Origin: Octopus sinensis
Taxonomy: Eukaryota
Direction of reading: 5' to 3'
DNA: 64,000 nt
Assembly: GCF_006345805.1 (NCBI RefSeq)
Contig: NC_042998.1
Coordinates: 84,630,001 to 84,694,000, forward strand
Shown here: positions 37,650-50,506 of the stretch, one piece after another
Numbering within the stretch: position 1 is the first letter of the stretch
Layout of the letters: the number at the start of each line of letters is the position of its first letter
Notes under the pieces: generated by a model
Database searches by the model: none
What the model was told of the DNA's origin: nothing
Seen by the model: only the letters and a program-made list of their open reading frames with translations
Made by a program: the position numbers and the translations under genes

Positions 37650-38518
37650 ACACACACACCATACACAGAGCAACATACAGGCAGTGAGCTGGCTGAAACA
37701 TTACCATGCTGAGCAAAATGCTTAGTGATATTTCGTCTTTCTTCACGTTCTGAGTTCAAATTCCACTGAGGTTGACTTTCATCCTTTTGGGGTTGATAAA
37801 TTAAGTACCAGTTGCATACTAGGGTCGATCTAATCGACTGGCACCCTACCCCAAAATTTTGGGCCTTGAGCCAAGAGTAGAAAAGAGCATCCATGTATGT
37901 ACTTTTTTTACTTTTAACTTGTTTCAGTCACTCAACTGCAGCCATGCAGGGGCACTGCCTTGAAGGATGTTAGTTGAACAAATCAACCTCGGGACCTTTT
38001 TTTCTTTTTAAAACCTAGTACTTATTGCATTAGTCCCTTTGCCAAACTGCTCAGTTATAGGGGCAAAATACACCAATGTCGGTTGTCAAGTGGTGGTGGG
38101 GGACAAAAAAGACACAAAGACACACACACATTCACACAAGCAGATATACACATATATACATGTATATTCAATGGGTTTCTTTCAGTTTCTTATTTTTTTA
38201 TGGCCCACAAGGGGCTAAACATAGAGGGGACAAACAAGGACAGACATAGGGATTAAGTCGATTACATTCAACCCAGAGCGTAATGGCAGCCGAAATACTG
38301 CTTAGCATTTCACCCTGCGTGCTAACGTTTCTGCCTTGGGTGTCACGCAGTGGGACTGAACCTAGAACCATGTGGTTGGGAAGCAAGCTTCTTACTACAC
38401 AGCTACACCATAGATGTATGTATGTATGTAAGTATAAATACACACACACAAACACACACACGCGTGCATGTGTGTGTGTTTGTGTGAGTATGCATGTGTG
38501 TGCAAATATGCTCTCTAC

Positions 38519-38604
38519 TGTTTATTGTTGTCCATGTCATAAGAGAAGTGGTTTAAGACCGGTTCTTCTTGGGAACTCCTTTGCACCGATAACCTATTTC
38601 TCAT
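38519..38604 (-). CDS. Candidate first coding exon of the unidentified gene (MRNRLSVQRSSQEEPVLNHFSYDMDNNK)
   Basis: ATG at 38604 just after acceptor ttcaacag (38613); donor ca|gtagag, phase 2; lies at the edge of a CpG-retaining region (~38.6-39.9 kb). Confidence 0.5.
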
Positions 38605-38751
38605 AGTTGAATCTGTTGAAGTTGTCAGATTAATGATTTCCAAATATGGACGAAAAGCCTTGAATACGGAGGCTTCAAAATGAATTTAGTGAAAACTAAA
38701 AGTTTTATAAGTACGTACCCACACACACATACATATACATATAAATAAACG

Positions 38752-38828
<77 letters not shown>

Positions 38829-39038
38829 CGTCATTTGTTTTTTTATATATATATATATATATATATCGTCGTTTGTTTTTTAAGTGCTTTGGTTTTACTG
38901 GGATCTCCCTTTTAAGTAGAAAGAATAGCCGAAACTTTTTGACCGCTATTTCTAAATTCGGTGTGTGGTGAGGCAAATTGTTGCTGAACCCTTAATTACT
39001 TACTACTACATATATATATATATATATATATGTGTGTA

Positions 39039-39655
39039 TCAATGAAGTCACATGTTATATTTCCTTTTTTTTTTTTTTGCAAATAAGCGACTCTCTGTAT
39101 TAATTTTTATGGTTCATAGAATCATAGTCAAGGTGGCTTTGTCATTTATACATGCCATCCTTGCTACATTCACCCTCCCTGTTTTAAAAAAAGATGGGTG
39201 AATGTAGCATGGATGGCACATATGAATGACGAAGCCACCTTGACTATGATTCTATGAACCGTAAAAATTAATACAGAGAGTTGCTTATTTGCAAAAAAAA
39301 AAAAAAAGGAAATATAACATGTGATTTCATTGACCGAGGTTACCGTGGTCTTTTCCGTAGGCTTTTCTTTCCACGGGTAAACCTCACCTGTCCTCCCCTT
39401 TACATTTCATATTGACATTTCTCTGATAACGATCCCTATTGATCAATTTTTTTTTCCTTTCCCTTTCCCCCCACCCTTTTTAAAAAATTTTATTCTATCC
39501 ACCCCCCCTTTTTTTGTCCTCTTTCTTTCCATTTACGATCCCTTTTGATCGAAAACCAAACCCCCTTCTTTTACCCCTAAAAGAAAAGCTCTACCTTGTA
39601 ATTTTGTCCTGTCTGTGTGCAGCCCTGTGTGGCTAATAAAGAAACATATCTATCT
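39039..39655 (+). mobile_element. Microsatellite-embedded element with a 5' fold-back (137-bp arms) and 3' AATAAA/(TATC)n end
   Basis: Arms 39039-39175 / 39196-39333; the right arm continues into a pyrimidine-rich body ending gtggctaataaagaaacatatc(tatc)n. Confidence 0.6.
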
Positions 39656-39663
39656 ATCTATCA

Positions 39664-39701
<38 letters not shown>

Positions 39702-39723
39702 ATATATATATATATATATACAT

Positions 39724-39836
39724 AGTATACTATCCATCTCAATATGGCCAACGACTAAGGGTGGGTGTCAATGTAGCTCTTAGCTACAGTGACACCCACC
39801 CTTAGTGGTTGGCCATATTGAGATGGCTAGTATACT
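39724..39836. repeat. Long hairpin (~55-bp stem, 3-nt loop) between (TA)n tracts
   Basis: agtatacta.ccatctcaatatggccaac.actaagggtgggtgtca.tgtagct-ctt-agctaca.tgacacccacccttagt.gttggccatattgagatgg.tagtatact. Confidence 0.9.
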
Positions 39837-39894
39837 TTACGTTGTCGAGCGGTTACTGTTTACATCTCGTTCAGAGATTTATTATTGCTATATA

Positions 39895-39949
<55 letters not shown>

Positions 39950-39959
39950 ATACAAGGCT

Positions 39960-40670
39960 ACTAGTGAACTATTGGGTCTCCAATAATTTAAGGTACCAGG
40001 AAAGTCTGAGTTTCTCAGCAATGGAGTTTTGTTTCATGGGTTTTTTTCATTACCAGGTTATTTCACATGCTTTCAACGAATGTGACATTAAAATCACACG
40101 TAAACGGCTTCTATCCCCAGAAAAGGAAAGATTTGGCTATTATTTCTTACTACCATGTAACAGGTATTTCGGGTCCCTTATTACAAATAGCTGCTATGTG
40201 GTAGCAGGGTGTGCTAGAAATAGCAGCCAAATCTTTGGAGGTGAGATATATTGAATGCACTTGAAAGAAACCTATGGAAAGTAACAATTTCACACCGAGG
40301 TTATGAACGGGTATTTTACGAAATATTTATCATATTTTTAAAGCCATTTTCACTTTAAAATATTTTGCTCATCATAATGTGCCTCATGGAAAGACTAAAG
40401 TTTATTACCTTTCAGGGTTAAGTTATTTTCGGAGTATTTTTGGAGTTATTTTTGGAGTTTTTATATGCACCATTTTGGGTATTTATGTCCCCAAAACCCC
40501 GAATATCTCAGTAACCTCTGGTCTGATTTATGCAAAACTTGTTCTATTCCATTTGTATCCACATTTCATGGGCACTTTACTTTCAAAGTATTTTCCTATT
40601 ATGCGCCAGTTTGGCTGTGTAACATTGCAAGCAAGCAAAATTGAACCCCATTTTTAATATATTGTAGATT
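39960..40670 (+). mobile_element. Possible non-autonomous Helitron-like element
   Basis: Starts actag after (TA)n; ends acattgcaagcaagc..ttttaatatattgtagatt, like the other Helitron-like ends in the window. Confidence 0.35.
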
Positions 40671-40875
40671 ATAGGCAATGCACTGTGTTCTCATGCAAAA
40701 CACTTGATTCCATGTTGCCCCAATCTACTCAGCTGGCAAAAATGAGTAATCCTGCAAAAGACCAGTGTCCCATCAAGGGAGGAATATATGTGTCAGAGAA
40801 ACTGGCCCCATGAGTCTATATGACTCAGAAAAGATCTTTATCTTTTATCCTATCTATCTATCTATCTATCTATCT

Positions 40876-41173
40876 AAGAAAATGGAGGGGATCAATAGTT
40901 GGTATTCATCAACTTTTAGACATTATATTATGTCAATTTATTTATTTATTTACTAAAATGACAATTACAACAATATACATACATGTATAAAATATTATGC
41001 TTTATATATATAATATAAAGATACCAGTAATTATTGAAATATACAACATACAGGAATAGAAATAGGGAAGATTGTTGTAATTGTCATTTTAGTAAATAAA
41101 TAAATTGAAATAACATAATGTCATAATGTATAAAAGTTGATGAATACCACCTATTGATCTCCTCCATTTTCTT
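40876..41173. repeat. Fold-back element (~100-bp arms) next to (TATC)n
   Basis: aagaaaatggaggggatcaatag..ttgtaattgtcattttagtaaata mirrored; arms 40876-40973 / 41071-41173. Confidence 0.8.
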
Positions 41174-41336
41174 ATTGCTCTATAAATTAATGGTAAAATA
41201 ACTCTTTACCCTTACCCATTTATTACACTCGGTAATATATTTGCAATACAATAAAAAAAAAAACACTTGTATATTAGATATTATCCCTTAGTTGGTTGGA
41301 TTCACAACCTCTAATTTTCTTGGAATTAAAGTATAT

Positions 41337-42424
41337 CATCATCATCGTTTAACGTCCGCTTTCCGCGCTAGCACGGGTTGGACGGTTTGACCGGGTCTGG
41401 GAAGCCAGGGGCCGCTCTAGGCTCCAGTCTGAATCTGGCAGAGTTTCTACGGCTGGATGCCCTTCCTAACGCCAACCACTCCGTGAGTGGATTGGGTGCT
41501 TTTTACGTGCCACCTGCACAGGGGCCGGAGGGTCCGGCATCGTCACGATCGGATTCGAGCATTTTAACGTGTCAGCGGCACGGGGGCAACGAGGTCCGGG
41601 GTACTTTGGGGATTGGGGTATTTTGGGGATCCGGGGTACTTTGGGGATCCGGGGTACTTAGAATGGGTAGGGGGGTACTTAGAATGGGTAGGGGGGTACT
41701 TAGAATGGGTAGGTGACGAGGCGGGAGGGTACTAAAAGGGGATGGTCGGATTGAGGCAGTGTCAGGAGGAAGCGTAAGATCGGTGGGCAGTTGATGAGCT
41801 ATGGCGCTAGCAGCTTGTCTTAAGCATATGAGGAGAAGTGGTAGTGGGAGGAGGAGGAGGGAGTAGGGCGTACCCAGTGTAGATGAGTAAGGTGTATCCG
41901 GTGTAGATAGAGAGAACGGGTATACTGGTATTGGTGGTGGGGGGGTGAGAACAGTGTTCAACGGTATTGGTGGTGGGGGTGAGAACAGTGTTCAACGGTA
42001 TTGGTGGTGGGGGTGGGGGGGCGGGCGCACCGCCAATGACTGAAAGATGGGAAAAAGATGGGATTACGGCTTGAGGCAGCCTGCGGTTAAATATTGTAGA
42101 GAGAGAGATAGGAAGATAAATCAAGTTATGGCGAAGGCTTGAAAGTATCTTAAAAAAGGTTAAATTTTCGTAACAGTGTATGAATAAACGTATTAACAAC
42201 GAATAAAAAATATAGTAAGATAAATTTTTTAAGAACTTGCTGCGGTCATCGAGCGGGAGTTGAAATTGAAGAAGAAAGTAGTTGAACTGGGAATTTAAAT
42301 TGCAGAATCGTAATAGTAATAGTAATGGCGGTTTTCAAGTTTTAGCATATGAAGAAGAAGAGGAGGAAAAAGAAGACCGCCAATGACTGAAAGATGGGAA
42401 AAAGATGGGATTACGGCTTGAGGC
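41337..42424 (-). mobile_element. Composite CpG-rich retroelement: RTE 3' tail fused to a GC-rich, Pro-rich segment with short tandem repeats
   Basis: RTE tail at 41337-41580; 21-bp x3 and 34-bp x2 repeats; ~49-nt direct repeat at ~42029 and ~42376. Confidence 0.5.
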
Positions 42425-43613
42425 ATATATATATATATATATGTGTGTGTGTGTTGTTATATTTTGGGATGTCATTTTGCCAGTAAACATGAGCACTATT
42501 TATTTGATCTTAACTTTATCATTATTAGCTTATTTATCAAGGTGGCAAGCTGGAAGAATCATTAGCATGACAAGCAAAAGGCCTAGTGCCATTTCATCTG
42601 TCTTTATGTTGTAAGTTCAAATTGCACCGAGGTTGATTTTGCCTTTCATCTTTTCAGGGTTGATACAAAAAGTACCAGTTGTACACTAGGGCTGAAGTAA
42701 TCAAATTACAATCCTCTTCCCCAAATTTCAGTCATTGTGCCTATAGTAGGAAGGATTATTAGTTTATATGACTGAGTTTTTTCATACATTCTGTGATCTT
42801 TTCAATGGCATTCTGTTCCATGTGTCTCCTCTTCTCTCCGGTTTTGTCCTGTCTATTCCATTTTGTCTTTCTGTGGTATTTATCCCTATCTGTGCATGCA
42901 TTTACATCTGCATCCATGTGTATGTTTATGCATTTGGTATGAGCATGTGTGATGTGTTTATTAGCAAAATGACCATCCCTCAAATATAACAATATCCACA
43001 GTGTAGCCGTTGCCTGTACCACCTGACTGGCCCTCGTGCCAGTGGTGCATAAAAAGCACCCACTATACTCTCAGAGTGCTTGGTGTTAGGAAAGGCATCC
43101 AGCTGTAGAAACTCTGCCAGATCAGATTGGCACCTGGTGCAGCCATCTGGTTCGCCAGTCCTCAGTCAAATCGTCCAACCCATGCTAGCATGGAAAGTGG
43201 ACATTAAACGATAATGATGATGATTATGATTTAAACACAATTTCGCATCAAGAATCTTGCAAAACATACATAAGATTGTGTGTGTGTGTGCACACGTGCA
43301 TGTGCATGCATGCCTGCATTTGTATGTATGTACATATGTATGTAGGCATGTATGCATGTATATATGTTTGCATGGGTGCATGCATGCATGTATGTATGTA
43401 TGTATGTATGCAAGCATACCCATAAAATATATTTGTAATAATTTATGCAACTATATTGTGTGCGAAAGAGTTGGACAGGTACTGATAAAGTACGAGTTAC
43501 AGAAAGAGGAAAACAGCTGAAAATGTTTGGTTTCTAGGCAACTGTTATTACTTATTTAGAGGCAGTACTTTGGCTCATGAGATAAATTTGAAGCATGTTT
43601 ATTTCCTGTTGAA

Positions 43614-43719
<106 letters not shown>

Positions 43720-44222
43720 GCTAGCTAGCTAGCTAGCTATCTGTCTGTCTGTCTATCTGTCTGTCTATCTATCTATATTAATGCCTGCTTTTGAGTCAAG
43801 TTATATATAAAAACAATTAAACTTGAAAATGAAGGATTACTCAGTAGAATGCATATTTAATTTTGCCATGAAAAAGCTAATACATATCTATCTATTTAAG
43901 TATTAATTTAAAAACATGAGATAAGTGTAATTTCAATTTTATCATCAGATTTATTAAATACAAAGTCTTGTGTGTGTGTATGTGAGTGTGTGTGTGTGTG
44001 CGTGTGTGTGTGTGTGTCTGTCTGTCTACACACACACACACATACATTTATGTGTTGAAATGTCATTGGATTCTGGGAGAGAGTCTTGGTCTAGCTATAC
44101 TGTTGAATATCTTTATAAGAAAAAGAGTCATCATGGAGGAACTACACCTGTAATTTTAGGGAAGAGGTGATTATATTCACTAGCAAGTCAATAGACAGTA
44201 TGTATATAGGCATGTATATATG

Positions 44223-44459
44223 TACAGTGTTGGCCAAAAGTCACCTGACAGTAAATCAAAACCATTTAATTCCAAGATTTATTTATGTTTAACAACTGAA
44301 TGAATTTAATAAAAGCATCTAAATATGAAACATCATGAAAATTGTTCAAACTGAAGTCCTATTTAAGCAACACATTTTTCCATTCTAGTCAATACAGAAT
44401 TAAAGATAGTATTTATGGAATTTTGATTTACTGTTGGGTAACTTTTGGCCAAACCTGTA
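44223..44459. mobile_element. Tc1/mariner-type MITE
   Basis: TIRs tacagtgttggccaaaagtcacctgacagt / actgttgggtaacttttggccaaacctgta, with TA ends. Confidence 0.8.
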
Positions 44460-44739
44460 TATGTGCAGGTGGTTAACTGGCAGAAGCGTTAGCACGCTGG
44501 GCGAAATGCTTAGCAGTATTTCGTCTGCCGCTATGTCCTGAGTTCAAATTCTGGCGAGGTCGACTTTGCCTTTCATCTTTTTGGGGTCGATTAAACAAGT
44601 ACCAGTTATGTACTGGGGTCAATATAATTGACTTAATCCATTTGTCTGTCCTTGTTTGTTCCCTCTGTGTGTAGCCCCTTTTGGGCAGTAAAGAAATAAG
44701 AAACCCGTATATGTGCATGTATATGCATATGCATGTCAT

Positions 44740-45500
44740 TATTATCATCATCATTTAGCATCTGTTTTCCATGCTGGCATGGGTTAAACAGCTTGACTGG
44801 AACTGGTAAGCCAGAGAGCTGCACCAGGCTCCACTCTTTTTTGGCTTGGTTTCTATGGCTGGATACCCTTCCTAATGCCAACCACTCCATAGAATATAGT
44901 GAGTACCTCTTATGTATCACCAGCATGAGTGCCTTTAATGTGTCACTGGTACGGGTGCCTTTTACTTGTCACCAGTGTGGGTGCCTTTTATGTCGTTGGC
45001 ACTTAGCACATCAAGTCACCAAAAGTCTCAGTCACTTGTCATCACCTCCATGGGATTCAACATCTGAAGATCATATTTCACCACCTTATCCCATGTCTTC
45101 CTGGGTCTTCCTCTTTCACTGGTTCCCCCTACAGTTAGAGACTTGTATTCCTTTATACATCTGTCCTTATCCATATGCATCACATGAGCTGTCTTCTCTC
45201 TTGCACACTACATCTGATGCTTCTTATGCCCAATTTTTCTTTTAAGACACTTACAGTCTCTTGTACATGCACACTGACATTGCATATCAAGCAAAGCATA
45301 CAAGCTTCATTTCTTTCAAGTCTTTGCATGTCCTCTGCAGTTACAGCCCATATTTCACTGCCATTGTAGCATGGCTGCTTACACACAGGCATCACACAAT
45401 CTGCCTTTCACTCTGAGGGAGAGGCCCTTTGTTACTAACAATGATAGTAGCTCTTTGAACTTTGCCCTGCCCATTCTTATTCTAGTAGCTCTCAGAGCAT
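44740..45500 (-). mobile_element. RTE LINE 3' fragment
   Basis: YNGSEIWAVTAEDMQRLERNEACML..VLKEKLGIRSIRCSVQERR, then the RTE UTR and tail. Confidence 0.8.
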
Positions 45501-45596
45501 TCTGCTCCCCACTGCTGATCTGGTCAGAATTCTGTATATCTTACTTAATGCAGATACACTGTAGGAAGCTACAAAACTACTTTTTAGCACTCCGTC

Positions 45597-46602
45597 TTTA
45601 TGAGATGCTTTCTTGAGACAAATACTGCAGTTTTGTGTCTTTCTACAATATATCCACTTTAAGTAAGATATACAGAACATGATTTTTAACTAATACTGCT
45701 TTTATTACTTCAAACAAATACTTTTATGTTATATAGGTGTGTAGGCATGCATGCAGATATTTATGTATGTGAATATGATATACCTACAGTCTCATGGAGC
45801 CAACAAACAAACTCAGTGACAGACTCTTACATAGAAAGAGATGCATGAAACAATTAAACCATTAAAGAATTCTGTTAGTCAATTAAATGTAAACAAAAAA
45901 GATGCATGAAAACACTTACATTCATTTTTGTTCATTTATCAATGATGCTATCTACAATAGGTACAAAACCTGAAATTTGAGGGGAGGAAGGAAGTCAATT
46001 ACATTGACACAGTGCGTAACTGATATTTATTTCATTGACTCTGAAAGGATGAAAAGCAAAGTCAACCTTGGCAGAATTTGAACTCAGAACATAAAGACAG
46101 ACAGAATGCCTAACAGTTCTACCAGCTCACCGCCTTTTTTTTTCAAATGTTGCCAACAGGTGGCTACAAACCCTGTACCCCTCAGATACTGACTAAGTGT
46201 TCTAATCCTTAAACTAAATGATTCCTGACTCCTCATTTATTAATAATAACATCTTTAGTGAAGTACCAAAACGTTTTGTTGTGCTTCTGTAACTTGATCA
46301 CTCAAGCACTTTCATACAGACAGTCGTTGAGTTATGAAATTAAATGTCAGCAACCAAGCTGAGCGTGTACAAGGTAATACTGCTAAGAATTGAATATAAC
46401 TAAAAGTAAGAGATTTTTGTGTGGTCTTAAAATGACTAAGCCTTTCATAATACGATTGCTCCAATTATAAGGTTACAACACACATTATCCCAGATCAGGT
46501 TACTTGCCAAACAAGTAAAACTCTGAAATATAAATACATAGCTGCTGTCATGCATACATACATACATACATACATGCATACATACATGCATACATACATA
46601 CA

Positions 46603-46633
<31 letters not shown>

Positions 46634-49007
46634 GTAAAGTCTTCTAAGAATTCATACGTCAGAAAAAAATATGCACTCATGCATTTGTCAATGGAATGGG
46701 TATAGTAATATTTATACTAGACAGTACAAAAGATCCAGTTCAGCTAATTATACCAACCGGTTTTACACTCTGTCATCAGAATAGCTAATACAAAGAGTAT
46801 GGTTTTCCTAAAACCCTTGTGTGCAAAAACAATTTGTAAAACCAGATGAAATGGATCTATAACACTGTATTGCTTAAATATTGATATACTTCCTCTATTG
46901 ACAAATATATGAGGGCCTATTTTTACTTACTTATGTATTCTTAGATGACTTTTTATCTGTATGGATATATGTATGTACGCATGTGTGCATACCTGCATGT
47001 GTATATGTATTTACTTGTTCCAGCTGTTAGACTGCATCCAAGGAATTTTAGTTGAATGAATTGACCAGAGTACTTTTTTTAAACACAGTAGTTATTCTGC
47101 TGGTCTCTTTTGCAGGACCACTTAGTTATGGAGACTTAAACACACCAACACCAGTTGTCAAGTGATGGCAGGGACAATGTATCCTCTTACAAAACTTTCG
47201 TTGGCCTGAGGCTATATTAGAAGACATTTGCCCAAGGTGCCACACAGTGAGACTGAATCTAGAACCATTTAGTTAGGAAGTAAACTTCTTACCACACAGC
47301 CATTTATATTTCAGAATTGTGCATGTTTGGCAGGAGACTTAACCTCTTGATATACACATTTTTTTCAATTTCATTTAGGGTGAATACTGTAGTATTTGGT
47401 ATTCTAATACACATATACATATATATATACACATATACACACATGCATATTTATATGTGTATGTATGTATGCATGTATGTATGTATGTATGCATGCATGC
47501 ATACATGTATGTATGTATGTATGTATGTATGTATGTATGTATGTATGTATGTATGTATGTATGTATGCATGTATGTATGTATGTCATTGTTCAGCTTTTT
47601 TTCAAGATTTCTTGCCAATAGAGAAAGAGTCAGTTTCTAACCTAGATTCAAGGCTACTCCATTAGAATTTTAACATCAACACCAGGGTATTTTTTTTGTG
47701 TGCTTGTATGTATGTATGTATGTATGTATGTATGTATGTATGTATGTATGTATGTATAGATGGATGGATGGATGGATGGATGCCTTGTGAGTGGATTTGG
47801 TGGACAGAAACAGAAAGAAGCCCTATCACGAATGTGTGCTTGTGTGTGTGTGTGTGTGTGTCTTTGAATCTGTTTGTCCTCCCCACCACTTGACAACTGG
47901 TATTGGTGTGTCTATGTCCACATAACTTAGTCCCTTGGCAAAAAAGACTGATAGAATAAGTACCAAGCCTTACAAAATAAGTCCTGGTGTCGATTCATTT
48001 GACTAAAATTCCTCAAGGTAGTGCCCCAGTATGGCCACAGTCCATTTATGAGATGCTTTCTTGAGACAAATACTGCAGTTTTGTGTCTTTCTACAATATA
48101 TCCACTTTAAGTAAGATATACAGAACATGATTTTTAACTAATACTGCTTTTATTACTTCAAACAAATACTTTTATGTTATATAGGTGTGTAGGCATGCAT
48201 GCAGATATTTATGTATGTGAATATGATATACCTACAGTCTCATGGAGCCAACAAACAAACTCAGTGACAGACTCTTACATAGAAAGAGATGCATGAAACA
48301 ATTAAACCATTAAAGAATTCTGTTAGTCAATTAAATGTAAACAAAAAAGATGCATGAAAACACTTACATTCATTTTTGTTCATTTATCAATGATGCTCTC
48401 TACAATAGGTACAAAACCTGAAATTTGAGGGGAGGAAGGAAGTCAATTACATTGACACAGTGCGTAACTGATATTTATTTCATTGACTCTGAAAGGATGA
48501 AAAGCAAAGTCAACCTTGGCAGAATTTGAACTCAGAACATAAAGACAGACAGAATGCCTAACAGTTCTACCAGCTCACCGCCTTTTTTTTTTCAAATGTT
48601 GCCAACAGGTGGCTACAAACCCTGTACCCCTCAGATACTGACTAAGTGTTCTAATCCTTAAACTAAATGATTCCTGACTCCTCATTTATTAATAATAACA
48701 TCTTTAGTGAAGTACCAAAACGTTTTGTTGTGCTTCTGTAACTTGATCACTCAAGCACTTTCATACAGACAGTCGTTGAGTTATGAAATTAAATGTCAGC
48801 AACCAAGCTGAGCGTGTACAAGGTAATACTGCTAAGAATTGAATATAACTAAAAGTAAGAGATTTTTGTGTGGTCTTAAAATGACTAAGCCTTTCATAAT
48901 ACGATTGCTCCAATTATAAGGTTACAACACACATTATCCCAGATCAGGTTACTTGCCAAACAAGTAAAACTCTGAAATATAAATACATAGCTGCTGTCAT
49001 GCATACA

Positions 49008-49038
<31 letters not shown>

Positions 49039-50506
49039 GTAAAGTCTTCTAAGAATTCATACGTCAGAAAAAAATATGCACTCATGCATTTGTCAATGGA
49101 ATGGGTATAGTAATATTTATACTAGACAGTACAAAAGATCCAGTTCAGCTAATTATACCAACCGGTTTTACACTCTGTCATCAGAATAGCTAATACAAAG
49201 AGTATGGTTTTCCTAAAACCCTTGTGTGCAAAAACAATTTGTAAAACCAGATGAAATGGATCTATAACACTGTATTGCTTAAATATTGATATACTTCCTC
49301 TATTGACAAATATATGAGGGCCTATTTTTACTTACTTATGTATTCTTAGATGACTTTTTATCTGTATGGATATATGTATGTACGCATGTGTGCATACCTG
49401 CATGTGTATATGTATTTACTTGTTCCAGCTGTTAGACTGCATCCAAGGAATTTTAGTTGAATGAATTGACCAGAGTACTTTTTTTAAACAGTAGTTATTC
49501 TGCTGGTCTCTTTTGCAGGACCACTTAGTTATGGAGACTTAAACACACCAACACCAGTTGTCAAGTGATGGCAGGGACAATGTATCCTCTTACAAAACTT
49601 TCGTTGGCCTGAGGCTATATTAGAAGACATTTGCCCAAGGTGCCACACAGTGAGACTGAATCTAGAACCATTTAGTTAGGAAGTAAACTTCTTACCACAC
49701 AGCCATTTATATTTCAGAATTGTGCATGTTTGGCAGGAGACTTAACCTCTTGATATACACATTTTTTTCAATTTCATTTAGGGTGAATACTGTAGTATTT
49801 GGTATTCTAATACACATATACATATATATATACACATATACACACATGCATATTTATATGTGTATGTATGTATGCATGTATGTATGTATGTATGTATGTA
49901 TGTATGCATGCATGCATACATGTATGTATGTATGTATGTATGTATGTATGTATGTATGTATGTATGTATGTATGTATGTATGTATGCATGTATGTATGTA
50001 TGTCATTGTTCAGCTTTTTTTCAAGATTTCTTGCCAATAGAGAAAGAGTCAGTTTCTAACCTAGATTCAAGGCTACTCCATTAGAATTTTAACATCAACA
50101 CCAGGGTATTTTTTTGTGTGCTTGTATGTATGTATGTATGTATGTATGTATGTATGTATGTATGCATGCATGCATGCATGTATGTATGTATGTATGTATG
50201 TATGTATGTATGTATGTATGTATGGATGGATGGATGGATGGATGCCTTGTGAGTGGATTTGGTGGACAGAAACAGAAAGAAGCCCTATCACGAATGTGTG
50301 CTTGTGTGTGTGTGTGTGTGTGTCTTTGAATCTGTTCGTCCTCCCCACCACTTGACAACTGGTATTGGTGTGTCTATGTCCCCATAACTTAGTCCCTTGG
50401 CAAAAAAGACTGATAGAATAAGTACCAAGCCTTACAAAATAAGTCCTGGTGTCGATTCATTTGACTAAAATTCCTCAAGGTAGTGCCCCAGTATGGCCAC
50501 AGTCCA
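45597..50506. repeat. Near-identical tandem duplication, 2 x ~2.45 kb (45597-48044 and 48045-50506)
   Basis: Both units start tttatgagatgctttcttgagac and end gtatggccacagtcca; they differ in a few SNPs and microsatellite lengths. Confidence 0.9.

Noticed and set aside
40057-40163. Plus-strand exon-like segment with good acceptor and donor
   Set aside because: Two frames are open, it has no linked exons, and it lies inside a probable Helitron-like insert; left unresolved rather than called.
44059-44167. MSLDSGRESWSS ORF with a DSGxxS degron-like motif and a donor
   Set aside because: A single short segment next to a microsatellite, with no in-phase downstream exon found.
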